Of a DNA stretch of 64,000 nucleotides, positions 26,731-35,614 are shown one piece after another. The translations under genes were made by a program, and so were the position numbers. Location: assembly GCA_029259725.1 (NCBI GenBank), contig JAJDER010000037.1, positions 4,972 to 68,971 of the forward strand, written 5' to 3'. The stretch is from Planctomycetota bacterium. Its GTDB lineage: Bacteria; Planctomycetota; B15-G4. The notes under the pieces were generated by a model. That model saw only the letters and a list, made by a program, of their open reading frames with translations, did not search any database and was not told the DNA's origin. Every line of letters starts with the position of its first letter. Position 1 is the stretch's first letter.

Positions 26731-28028
26731 CAGTCCGTCTCCGCACGGGCGAGCGTGGGTCGCCCGCCGGGGTAGAGCATGAGCAGGAGCAGCAGGCACG
26801 CCAGCGAAGCCCACATCGGCACCGAGAACAGGCGCGCGTAGTCGCCGTCGGCCCAGTCCGCGACCCACCCGGCGATCTTGCTGCCGACGATGACACCGAT
26901 CCCCACGATGACCAGGTTGTAGAGGCTCTGCGCGCTGGCGCGCACGTCGGACGTCGTGTTCTCGTCGACGACCATGAACGACACGAAGATGAAACAGCCG
27001 AAGCAGAGGCCGTGCAGCGCCACGCCGATCAGCAGGGCTGCCGCGGACTCGGGCAGGTAGGCGAACAGCGCCATGCGCGTGCCGTAGGCCAGGAGCCCCA
27101 CGGCAAGCAGCGACTTGCGCGAGACCGACTTGGCCACCAGCGGGATCAGCGCCAGCACGAACACCTCGACCATCTGGCCGATGGTCATGAAGCCCCCGCC
27201 GCCCACGCCGAAGATCGTCTCGAAGAAGGCCGGCGCCTCGAGGCGAGCGTGCAGGAAGCCCTCGGTGTGCACGAAGTAGAACTGGTGGATGCAGCTCACC
27301 GGCACGGCCAGCAGGAACAGCATCAGCAGCGGCTGGCGCTTGATCTCGCCCAGGGCCTCGAAGGTCGCGTTCTTCTCGCCCGACGCGCTGGGTGGCGTCG
27401 ACGGCAGCGTGAAGCAGTAGAGCCCCATGACCGCGCCCAGGATCGCGCTGAGCCGGAACGCGTCGGCCTTGCCCGCGACCTGCGCGAAGTGCATCGCGTC
27501 CTCGGTTCCGCCGCTGCTGTGCATCGCGGCGAGCCAGTGGCCCATGCCGACACCGACCACGATCCAGCCGAAGGTCCCCCACAGGCGCACCCGGCCGAAG
27601 TCACGGTCGCGGTCGGGCAGGTGGTGGAAGGCCAGTGAGTTGGTCAACGACAGCGTCGGTGAGTACACCAGCCCGTAGGCCAGCGAGAACCACAGGAACC
27701 CGTCGAAGGTGTCGATCTCCGCCAGCTGCCAGACCAGCACCGCGCCGGCCAGATGGCTCAGCCCCAGGAAGCGCTCGGTGGAGAAGTAGCGGTCGGCGAT
27801 CTGCCCCGCGATGAACGGCCCCACGATGGCTCCGACCGCGCCGGCCGCGAACATCCAGCCGATCTCGTCGCCGGACATCCCACGGTGCTCGCTCAGGAAC
27901 GACCACAGGAACGGCAACCACGCGCCCCAGATGGCGTACTGCAGGAACATCATCATCGACAGGCGCGCGTTGAGTCCGCCGCCGAGGCGGGGAAGCGGCG
28001 CCCTGTCGGGGGATCCGGCGAGGGTCAT
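26730..28028 (-). CDS. MFS transporter of the nucleoside:H+ symporter (NupG/XapB-like) family
   Basis: 432 aa with 12 TM helices. The N-terminal LSMMMFLQYAIWGAWLPFL resembles the FLQFxxWGSWL signature of NupG-type permeases. Its stop overlaps the DUF1080 start by 1 nt. Confidence 0.8.
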   Translation of the reverse strand: MTLAGSPDRAPLPRLGGGLNARLSMMMFLQYAIWGAWLPFLWSFLSEHRGMSGDEIGWMFAAGAVGAIVGPFIAGQIADRYFSTERFLGLSHLAGAVLVWQLAEIDTFDGFLWFSLAYGLVYSPTLSLTNSLAFHHLPDRDRDFGRVRLWGTFGWIVVGVGMGHWLAAMHSSGGTEDAMHFAQVAGKADAFRLSAILGAVMGLYCFTLPSTPPSASGEKNATFEALGEIKRQPLLMLFLLAVPVSCIHQFYFVHTEGFLHARLEAPAFFETIFGVGGGGFMTIGQMVEVFVLALIPLVAKSVSRKSLLAVGLLAYGTRMALFAYLPESAAALLIGVALHGLCFGCFIFVSFMVVDENTTSDVRASAQSLYNLVIVGIGVIVGSKIAGWVADWADGDYARLFSVPMWASLACLLLLLMLYPGGRPTLARAETD

Positions 28029-28079
28029 GCAGGGCTCTCCGGTCCCGCCGCGTCCGGGCGCGGGCCAGGGGTCGCGACG

Positions 28080-29123
28080 TCAGTCGGAGAAGGCGGCGTC
28101 GAAGGCACGGTCGCTGGTCTCGAAGTCCAGCTTGCGCACGAACGTGGCGGCCTCGCGGGCGCCGTGTTCGCGGTCCATCATGGGGTCTTCCCACTCCACG
28201 GTGAGCGGCCCCTGGTAGCCGGCGTGGTTGAGCGCGCGCACCAGGCCCTCGAAGTCCACGCGGCCGCGTCCGGGCGACCGGAAGTCCCACGCCCGGCCGT
28301 CCTGGCCGAAGTCCGCGTGACCGCCGAAGGTCCCCGTCGGGGTCGGGGCATCCGACCACCACACGTCCTTGACGTGCACGTTGAAGATCCGCGAGCCGAA
28401 CTCGCGCAGGAACCCGAGGTAGTCCACGTTCTGGTAGCCGAGGTGGCTGGGGTCGAAGTTGAACCCGAAGCGCGGGTGGTGAGCGATGGCATGCAGCGCC
28501 CGCCGCGTGGAGGTGATGTCGAAGGCGATCTCGGTCGGATGCACTTCGAGCGCGAAGCACACGTCCTCCTGGTCGAAGACCTCGAGGATCGGGCGCCAGC
28601 GTGTGGCGAAGTCGTCGAAGCCGCCTTGGATCTGGCCCGCCAGCGGCGGTGGGAAGGCGTACAGCAGATGCCAGATGGCGCTGCCCGTGAAGCCGTTGAC
28701 CACCGTGCGACCGGTGAGCGCGAGACGTGTCTTGACGGCCGACGGTGCCGCATCGAAGAAGCGTCGGGTGGCCCGCGCCGTGTCCATCATCTCCTTGGCC
28801 GCGCGTGCGCGCACGCCTTCGGGGTCCCCGTCGCCCCAGACGTGCTCGGGCAGGATCGCCTGGTGCCGCGCGTCGATCGGGTCGCACACCGCCTGGCCCA
28901 CCAGGTGTGTGCTGATCGCGAAGCTGAGCACGTCGTGGTCGAGCAGCTCCTGCCACTTGCGCTCGCAGTAGCCGTCGTCGGACAACGCCGCGCGGGGATC
29001 GAAGTGATCGCCCCAGCAGGCGAGCTCCAGGCCGTCGTAACCGAAGGCCTTGGCCTTGGCGGCCAACGCGCTCAGCGACAGATCGGCCCACTGGCCGGTG
29101 AAGAGGCACACGGGGCGGGGCAT
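28080..29123 (-). CDS. Xylose isomerase-like TIM-barrel protein (sugar phosphate isomerase/epimerase family)
   Basis: This is the in-frame part of ORF 28080..29165, starting at ATG 29123 ([12 protein letters not shown]). It contains [26 protein letters not shown] and [10 protein letters not shown], which carry the metal-binding His/Asp/Glu pattern of the AP-endonuclease-2/xylose-isomerase-like fold. Confidence 0.82.
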   Translation of the reverse strand: MPRPVCLFTGQWADLSLSALAAKAKAFGYDGLELACWGDHFDPRAALSDDGYCERKWQELLDHDVLSFAISTHLVGQAVCDPIDARHQAILPEHVWGDGDPEGVRARAAKEMMDTARATRRFFDAAPSAVKTRLALTGRTVVNGFTGSAIWHLLYAFPPPLAGQIQGGFDDFATRWRPILEVFDQEDVCFALEVHPTEIAFDITSTRRALHAIAHHPRFGFNFDPSHLGYQNVDYLGFLREFGSRIFNVHVKDVWWSDAPTPTGTFGGHADFGQDGRAWDFRSPGRGRVDFEGLVRALNHAGYQGPLTVEWEDPMMDREHGAREAATFVRKLDFETSDRAFDAAFSD

Positions 29124-29205
29124 CAGGGGCTCCTCGACGAGTCTCGACCGGTGCGGTGCGGGCAAGGGCCGCTCCCGGGCGGCGGCCAGGGTACCCGACG
29201 GTGGG

Positions 29206-30351
29206 TCACTTCACCTCGGACAGCTTGACCGCGCAGCGTTCGCGCGCGGCGATCAGCGCGGCCTCGAGCACGCGCTGCGTCTGGTAGGCGTCCTCGAAAT
29301 CGGGCAGGGGCAACTCGGGCTTGCGACGCGCGACGGCGCGGCACACGGCGGCCGCCATGTTCACGAAGCCGTGCTCGTAGCCGAGCACGTGGGCGTCGGG
29401 CCACCATGCCTCGGCATAGGGGTGGTGCCCCGCCGCGGTGCACATGATGCGCGTCCAGCCCAGCTCTCGCGCGTCGGCCCGCGCATCGCAGAAGTGGAGC
29501 ACGTTCATGTCCTCGAAGTCCCAGCGCAGCGAGCCGTGCGCGCCGTTGATCTCGATCCTGTTGCGGTTGTGGTGACCGTGCGCGTTGCGCGTGGCCTCGA
29601 AGCTGGCCACCGCGCCCTGCTTGAAGCCGGCCAGGAACAGCACCGCGTCGTCGACGTCACTGCGTCCGGTGCCCGTGCCGTCGGGCAGCGGGCGCTGCTT
29701 GACGAACGTCCGGCTCGCGGCACCGTGGATCTCGGTGATCTCGTCCCCGGTGAGGAAGCGCGCCAGGTCGACGATGTGGGCGTTGAGATCGCCGTGGGCC
29801 CCCGATCCGGCGCGCTTCCGCTTGAAGCGCCAGACGAGCGGCGTGTCGGGACCACCCCAGCTCTGGAGGTAGTGCGCGCGAACGTGCTGGATGGCCCCGA
29901 GGCGTCCCTCGCGAATCAGCTTCCAGGCCAGGCCCACGGCCGGGCAGCGACGGTAGTTGAACCACACGAAGGTCTGGCCCTGCGCCTTGCGCGCCGCGTC
30001 CCGCATCACGCGCGCGTCGGCCAGCGTGCCCGCCAGCGGCTTCTCGCAGGCCACGTGCTTGCCGGCCTCGAGCGCGGCCAGGGCCTGCTCCGCATGGACG
30101 TCGTTGGGCGTGCCGATGTCGACCAGGTCCACGCGCTCGTCCTCGATCACGTCGCGCCAGCGGGTGGTCGAGTCCTCCCAGCCCCAGCGCGCCGCGAACC
30201 GAGCGAGTTCGTCGGCCTGGCGGGCGGCAACGAGGCGCAGGGCGGGCGCTCGCGGGACGTCGAAGAAGCGGCCGACCTGCCCCCACCCGTTGCTGTGGGC
30301 GCGGCCCATGAACTTCTGGCCGATCAGACCGATGCCCAGCGGCTTGCCCAT
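29206..30351 (-). CDS. Gfo/Idh/MocA family NAD(P)-dependent oxidoreductase
   Basis: 381 aa. The Rossmann N-terminus is [15 protein letters not shown]. The conserved EKP motif is present (HVACEKPLA). Confidence 0.88.
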   Translation of the reverse strand: MGKPLGIGLIGQKFMGRAHSNGWGQVGRFFDVPRAPALRLVAARQADELARFAARWGWEDSTTRWRDVIEDERVDLVDIGTPNDVHAEQALAALEAGKHVACEKPLAGTLADARVMRDAARKAQGQTFVWFNYRRCPAVGLAWKLIREGRLGAIQHVRAHYLQSWGGPDTPLVWRFKRKRAGSGAHGDLNAHIVDLARFLTGDEITEIHGAASRTFVKQRPLPDGTGTGRSDVDDAVLFLAGFKQGAVASFEATRNAHGHHNRNRIEINGAHGSLRWDFEDMNVLHFCDARADARELGWTRIMCTAAGHHPYAEAWWPDAHVLGYEHGFVNMAAAVCRAVARRKPELPLPDFEDAYQTQRVLEAALIAARERCAVKLSEVK

Positions 30352-30422
30352 GTTCGTCTCCTCGCGCTCGTGGGGCCGTCACGCTAGCGGACGCCCACGA
30401 GTCGGACCAGCCCGGGTTCGTC

Positions 30423-31601
30423 TCAGCGCCCGCCGTGCCGGGCAGCGTCATCACCGAAGCGTTGGCGGATCGCGTCGAGCGTCGCCAGCACCTGGTCGCG
30501 GCGCCGCTCCTCGTCCGCTCCGAAGAGGTCGCGCTGGGACGGCGCGCCATGATCCACGAGGTCCGTCAGGCCGAGGCCCAGGAGGCGCACGGCCCGGTCG
30601 CCCCGCGCCGCGGCCATGAGCTGCAGCCCCTGCTGGTAGATCTCCACGTCATCCCAGGTGGGCTCGTCGAGCTTCCGCTGACGCGTGTGCGTCTCGAAGG
30701 GCGGGAACCGGATCTTGAGTCGCACCGTGCGGCCGGCCAGGCCGGCGTGGCGGCAGCGGCGCCCCACGCCCTCCGCCAGCCGGAGCATGACCCGCGCGAG
30801 GTGCTCGGGATCGGCCACGTCGGTCTCGAAGGTCGTCTCGTGGCTCACCGACGTCGCCGCCCGCTCGGTCTGGACCGGGCGGCTGTCGAGGCCTTGGCAC
30901 AGACGGTGGTAGTGCTCGCCGGCCGAGGTCCCGACGAGCCGCACGAGCTGCTCCAGGCTGCGCCCCTGCAGGTCGCCGATGGTGAACAGACCCGCTTCGG
31001 TGAAGCGTTCCTGCGTCCGGCGTCCCGCACCCCAGAGTCTTGCCACGGGCAACGGCGCCAGGAACGCCGCCTCGGTGCCGGGGGGCACGACCACCAGGGC
31101 GTCCGGCTTGCGCAGGTCGGACGCGACCTTGGCCACGAACTTGCTCGCCGCCACCCCGACCGAGACGCGCAGTCCCGTCGTCTCGAACACGGCGGCCCTG
31201 AGCCTGCGCGCGATCTCCTCGCCGGTGCCGAAGAGCGCCCTGCTGTCGGTGACGTCGAGGAAGGCCTCGTCGAGCGACAAGGGCTCGACCAGCGGCGTGA
31301 GCTCCTCGAACAACGCGCGGATGCGGCGCGACTCGAAGGCGTAGACCTGCATGCGGCCGCGCACGTAGATGCCGTCGGGGCAGAGGCGACGGGCCACGGC
31401 CGTGGGCTGGGCCGAGTGCACACCGAAACGCCGTGCCTCGTAGGAGGCCGTCGAGACCACGCCACGCCGCCCGAGTCCACCGACGATGACCGGCTTCCCA
31501 CGGGAGTCGGGATGGTCGCGCTGCTCGACGGCGGCGTAGAACGCGTCCATGTCGGCGTGCAGGATCGTGCGCACGCCGCCCGCGTTGCCGGTCGCGCTCA
31601 C
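30423..31601 (-). CDS. dinB: DNA polymerase IV (Y-family)
   Basis: 392 aa. It contains ILHADMDAFYAAVEQRD, PVIVGG and SLDEAFLDVT. It starts with GTG, and there is a GTGA overlap with the upstream peptidase stop. Confidence 0.93.
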   Translation of the reverse strand: MSATGNAGGVRTILHADMDAFYAAVEQRDHPDSRGKPVIVGGLGRRGVVSTASYEARRFGVHSAQPTAVARRLCPDGIYVRGRMQVYAFESRRIRALFEELTPLVEPLSLDEAFLDVTDSRALFGTGEEIARRLRAAVFETTGLRVSVGVAASKFVAKVASDLRKPDALVVVPPGTEAAFLAPLPVARLWGAGRRTQERFTEAGLFTIGDLQGRSLEQLVRLVGTSAGEHYHRLCQGLDSRPVQTERAATSVSHETTFETDVADPEHLARVMLRLAEGVGRRCRHAGLAGRTVRLKIRFPPFETHTRQRKLDEPTWDDVEIYQQGLQLMAAARGDRAVRLLGLGLTDLVDHGAPSQRDLFGADEERRRDQVLATLDAIRQRFGDDAARHGGR

Positions 31602-33277
31602 CGCTTCGGTCTGGGCGGCCGCTCGTCGGCGTCCGCCAGGAGCCAGGCCGTGTTGAAGACGAGTCGCGCGGTGCGCGCGACCTTGTCGATGTCCACCAGG
31701 TCCACGCTGTCACGCCAGGTGTGGTAGTCCTTGTTGCGCGTGATCGGGAGCCCCTCGAAGAAGAACATCACCGGCACCCCGATGCTGTGGAAGGAGTAGT
31801 GGTCGCTGCGCTGCCACAGCTCCTCACCCTCGCCGGTGACGATGGTCCTGATCTTCGTGCGGTTCAACTTGTTGGCCTGCTTGAGCAGGCTCTCGAAGCC
31901 CTGGTTCTGGCGGGTGCCGAGTACGGCGACCTCGTCGGCGTCACCGCGGCCGACCATGTCCATGTTGAGCATGGCCACGACGGACTCGACCGGCACCGGC
32001 AACGCGTCGCAGAGCGCCTTGCTGCCGAGCAGGCCGTCCTCCTCGGAGGCGAACGCGCAGGCCAGGATCGAGCGACGTGGCTGCGATGCCGCGAGGGCCT
32101 CGATGACCTCCAACAGGGCGGAGGTCCCCGAGGCGTTGTCGTCGGCGCCGAAGCCGATGCGACCACGGACGTCCACGCCGACGTGATCGTAGTGGGCGCC
32201 CACCACGACGTATTCGTCGGCCAGCAGCGGGTCGCTGCCCTTCAGCACGCCGACGATGTTGTGGATCGCCACGTCCTGCTTGCGCACCTCGCTGGCCATG
32301 GCCACCCGGACCCCCTCGACCTCGAAGCTGTCGGGCTTGGCACGCCTGTCCATCTCGGCGATGCGTGCCGACGTGTCCTCGCCGACCAACGCAGCCGCCA
32401 CGGCCTCGGTGATCTCCAGCACGGGGATCGCCACCGGCACCGGCTGCCGCGGTGAGTCCACGGCCCAGCGCGCCCAGCTGTAGCGGTAGCCCAGCGTTGC
32501 CGGCGGCGGCAACTCGATCTCGAGCTTGCCGATGCCGGACAGCTCCGGCGCCCGGCGCACGACCAGCACGCCGATCGCCCCCCGCGTCTCGAGGGCATTC
32601 AGCTTCCCGTAGAGGTCGGCGTCCGCGGTCACTTCGGGCCCGTCGAACTTCTTGCGGTGTCGCGGCTCGCCCTCGTAGATCAGCGCGATGCGATCCCTGA
32701 GCGAGAACCCGGCCATGTCCTTGTACTTCTCGCGGGTCGAGCTGATGCCGAACCCGACGAAGGTGAGCGGCCCCTCGGCGTCGCCGCCCGCGTTCGGTGC
32801 CGGCACGAAGTCCTCACCGTAGCGGTAGCTGTGCGCTGCATCCTGGGCCGACGTCGCCGAGAGCCGGCAGCCCTCGGGGACGGGCGCCTCGAGCTGTCGT
32901 TGAAACGGCATGCGGAACGCGCCCTCGGGGCCGGCGCCGGTCAGCCCGGCCTGCTCGAGCCGCCCGATGATCCAGTCGGCGGCCCGGTCGAGGCCCGCGC
33001 TGGGTGAGTCCCGGCCCTCGAGCGGCGCCGACGCGAGTTGCACCAGGTCGAGTTCGAGGTCCTCCTCGGTGATCGTGCGGAAGCCACCCTTGGCGTCCCC
33101 GGCCGCCGCGGGCGCCCCCGGTGGCCGCGCTGCCGGGGGATCCGAGCGGGCTCCGAAGCCACCCGCCAGGGGCGCCGCCAGCAGCACTCCGACCAGTGCC
33201 ATCAGGGCCACGCGGGCCCGGCGCGAAGACGCAGACGATGCCTCGAAGTCGGTCGATGGAGTCGTGGCGTCCGGCAT
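31598..33277 (-). CDS. M28 family metallo-aminopeptidase with PA domain, secreted
   Basis: This is the in-frame part of ORF 31598..33349, starting at ATG 33277. It has a signal anchor (VALMALVGVLLAAPLAGG). M28 motifs are HNIVGVLKG, VVVGAHYDHVG, GADDNASG, EEDGLLGS, NMDMVG and SDHYSF. Confidence 0.88.
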   Translation of the reverse strand: MPDATTPSTDFEASSASSRRARVALMALVGVLLAAPLAGGFGARSDPPAARPPGAPAAAGDAKGGFRTITEEDLELDLVQLASAPLEGRDSPSAGLDRAADWIIGRLEQAGLTGAGPEGAFRMPFQRQLEAPVPEGCRLSATSAQDAAHSYRYGEDFVPAPNAGGDAEGPLTFVGFGISSTREKYKDMAGFSLRDRIALIYEGEPRHRKKFDGPEVTADADLYGKLNALETRGAIGVLVVRRAPELSGIGKLEIELPPPATLGYRYSWARWAVDSPRQPVPVAIPVLEITEAVAAALVGEDTSARIAEMDRRAKPDSFEVEGVRVAMASEVRKQDVAIHNIVGVLKGSDPLLADEYVVVGAHYDHVGVDVRGRIGFGADDNASGTSALLEVIEALAASQPRRSILACAFASEEDGLLGSKALCDALPVPVESVVAMLNMDMVGRGDADEVAVLGTRQNQGFESLLKQANKLNRTKIRTIVTGEGEELWQRSDHYSFHSIGVPVMFFFEGLPITRNKDYHTWRDSVDLVDIDKVARTARLVFNTAWLLADADERPPRPKR

Positions 33278-33384
33278 GACCGCGAGCCTACCGGACTGCA
33301 GGCCGCGCGTGGAGCCACGATCCCGTCCCAACGCCCCCGGATCCGGCACGTTACGCTGCGCAGGCCCCCCCCGCGGAGAGACCC

Positions 33385-34716
33385 GTGATCCGCCCGCTCC
33401 TGCTCGCGCTCGCCACAGGGCTGCTGCTCGCTCCGACGAGCCTGGCCCAGGCCCCCGACAACATCGATGGGCGCCCCGTGGATCGCCGGGCCCTGCGCGC
33501 CACCCCGATCACCCGCATCGTGGCCGACGCCAAGCCCGCCGTGGTCAACATCTACACGACGGTCCCCATCCCGGCCCGCGACAAGCTCCCGCGCCACCCG
33601 CTGTTCCGTCTTCAGCGCCGCGACGAGAGCAACACGGTGCTGGGCTCGGGCTGCATCATCGACCCGGACGGATACGTGCTCACGAACGCCCACGTGATCC
33701 AGGTCCAGGCGCCGGAGATCATCGTGCGCCTCGGGGGCGGCGACGAGTTCCGCGCCGAACTCATCGACCTCGACGCCGACCACGACATCGCGCTGCTCAA
33801 GATCGATGCCCAGCGCCCGCTCCCGACGGTCCCCCTGGGACGCAGCCACGACATCATGGTGGGCGAGACGGTCATCGCCATCGGGAACCCGCTGGGCAAC
33901 GAGACCTCGGTCAGCGTCGGCATCGTCAGCTCGCTCCACCGCGACGTGCGTCTGCCGAGCAGCAGCAATCCCGACGGGCGCACGCCGGCGTTCAACGACT
34001 TCATCCAACTCGACGCGCCGATCAACCCGGGCGGCAGCGGCGGCCCACTGCTCAACATCCTGGGCGAGGTCATCGGTCTGACGGCGGCCATCGCGCAGAA
34101 CTCCGAGGGATTGGCCTTCGCCATCCCCGTGGATCGCGTCCGCGGCGTGCTCTCCAACCGGATCATGACGCCGCGCCGATTCGGCATCGAGGACGGCATG
34201 AACCTCGCCGTCGGCGACCCCGGCTCGGCCCCCATCGTCGGCGCGATCACCCCCGGCGGCCCTGCCGACCTCGCCGGTCTCGAGATCGATGACGAGTTGC
34301 TCGCCGTCGACGGCGTGGGCATCACCTGGGAGTTCGAGTACAACAAGCTGCTCTGCGCCTCCCGACCCGGCGATCTCGTCACGCTCCAGGTGTTGCGCGG
34401 CGGCGAGGAGCGTTCGGTGCGCGTCGCGTTGCAGGAGATCGAGTCCGCCGACCAGACGATCTGGCGCACGCTCGGCATCAAGGTCGTGGACCACCCGCAG
34501 TTCTACGGCGTGTGGGTCGTGCAGGTCGATCCGGTCGGCCCGTCCGCACGCCTGCCGATCCAGCGCGAGGACGTGCTGGACACGGTGGGCGAGCGCTCGG
34601 TGGACTCGGTCGAGCAACTCGCCAACGTGCTGCGAGGCCTGCCCCCCGACGACCCGGTGACCCTGCGGGGATTCCGCGGCTCGCGTGGTTTCGCCGGCAC
34701 GGTCCGTCTGCGCTGA
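33385..34716 (+). CDS. HtrA/DegP family periplasmic serine protease with two PDZ domains
   Basis: 443 aa with a GTG start and a signal peptide (LLLALATGLLLAPTSLAQA). The catalytic triad context is TNAHVI, DIALLKI and GGSGGPLL. Confidence 0.92.
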   Translation: MIRPLLLALATGLLLAPTSLAQAPDNIDGRPVDRRALRATPITRIVADAKPAVVNIYTTVPIPARDKLPRHPLFRLQRRDESNTVLGSGCIIDPDGYVLTNAHVIQVQAPEIIVRLGGGDEFRAELIDLDADHDIALLKIDAQRPLPTVPLGRSHDIMVGETVIAIGNPLGNETSVSVGIVSSLHRDVRLPSSSNPDGRTPAFNDFIQLDAPINPGGSGGPLLNILGEVIGLTAAIAQNSEGLAFAIPVDRVRGVLSNRIMTPRRFGIEDGMNLAVGDPGSAPIVGAITPGGPADLAGLEIDDELLAVDGVGITWEFEYNKLLCASRPGDLVTLQVLRGGEERSVRVALQEIESADQTIWRTLGIKVVDHPQFYGVWVVQVDPVGPSARLPIQREDVLDTVGERSVDSVEQLANVLRGLPPDDPVTLRGFRGSRGFAGTVRLR

Positions 34717-34803
34717 TCGCCCGCCCGGGGCTTTCGAGGTATGCTCGGGCTGTTGCGGGGCCCGCGTGGGCTCGACCGCCTCCCTCCATGTCCCTGGTGC
34801 TTC

Positions 34804-34956
34804 ATGACCTCGTTCACGCAGTTCCTCGGCGAGAACAAGATCTGGTGGATCCTGCCGATCGTGCTCGTGCTGGCCATCGTGGGTTTCATCCTCTTCACCC
34901 AGCCGCCTGTCGACGAGAGCGCCGAGGACTCGCCGTTCCAGTACGACATGTACTGA
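34804..34956 (+). CDS. Small single-TM protein, DUF5989-like
   Basis: 50 aa from ATG 34804: MTSFTQFLGENKIWWILPIVLVLAIVGFILFTQ...SPFQYDMY. It matches, from memory, the FLxxxKKWWLxPIxxxLLLLGxLxxxT...PFIYTLF pattern of DUF5989. The upstream part of ORF 34741..34956 is not protein-like. Confidence 0.55.
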   Translation: MTSFTQFLGENKIWWILPIVLVLAIVGFILFTQPPVDESAEDSPFQYDMY

Positions 34957-34957
34957 G

Positions 34958-35614
34958 GTGAGCGCCGGCGGCCGACGCGTCGGCTGGCTCGGGGGCAGCT
35001 TCGATCCCGTGCACGCGGGCCACCTCTGCATGGCCCGCGCGGCGCTCGAACAGCTCGACCTCGACGCGGTGCTGCTCGTGCCCGCGGCGATTCCGCCACA
35101 CAAGCGCGACCGGCAGCTGGCCTCGGGCGCCGACCGCCTGGCCCTGCTGGCCCTCGCGTGCGCCGACGAAGAACGGCTGCTGGCCAGCGACGTCGAGTTG
35201 CGCCGCGACGGCATCAGCTACAGCTACGACACCGCCTGCGCCCTGCGGGAAGAGCTCGGTCCGGGCGCCGCGCTGTTCTTCGTGATCGGCGCCGACACCC
35301 TCGCCGAGCTGCCCAGCTGGTACCGGATCGAGGAACTCGGCCGGCTGGTGACGTTCTGCCCGGTGACGCGGGCCGGCACATCCCTGGACACCGGACACCT
35401 GCGCCCGCTCCTCGGGGACGAGGGCGCGGCCGCCGTCGCACGACACTGCCTGCACATCGAGCCGCACCCGGCATCCTCGACCGTCGTCCGCGCCCAGCTC
35501 AGGGCCGGTGAGGCACCCGAGCACCTGCCTCCCGGCGTCGCCGAGGAGATCCGCCGACGCGGGCTCTACCGGAACGGGGGCGGCGGTGCCACTTCGAGTG
35601 ACGGCTCCGGCTGA
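34958..35614 (+). CDS. nadD: Nicotinate-nucleotide adenylyltransferase
   Basis: 218 aa with a GTG start. It contains GGSFDPVHAGHL (HxGH), PPHK and ISYSYDT. The 3' tail overlaps the convergent OMP gene by 49 nt. Confidence 0.88.
   Translation: MSAGGRRVGWLGGSFDPVHAGHLCMARAALEQLDLDAVLLVPAAIPPHKRDRQLASGADRLALLALACADEERLLASDVELRRDGISYSYDTACALREELGPGAALFFVIGADTLAELPSWYRIEELGRLVTFCPVTRAGTSLDTGHLRPLLGDEGAAAVARHCLHIEPHPASSTVVRAQLRAGEAPEHLPPGVAEEIRRRGLYRNGGGGATSSDGSG

Noticed and set aside
35566-35614. A 49-nt convergent overlap between the nadD 3' end and the TolC-like gene 3' end
   Set aside because: The nadD tail (RNGGGGATSSDGSG) looks like a non-conserved run-on to the first available stop in GC-rich sequence. 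It is probably not biologically meaningful, and there is no evidence of antisense regulation.
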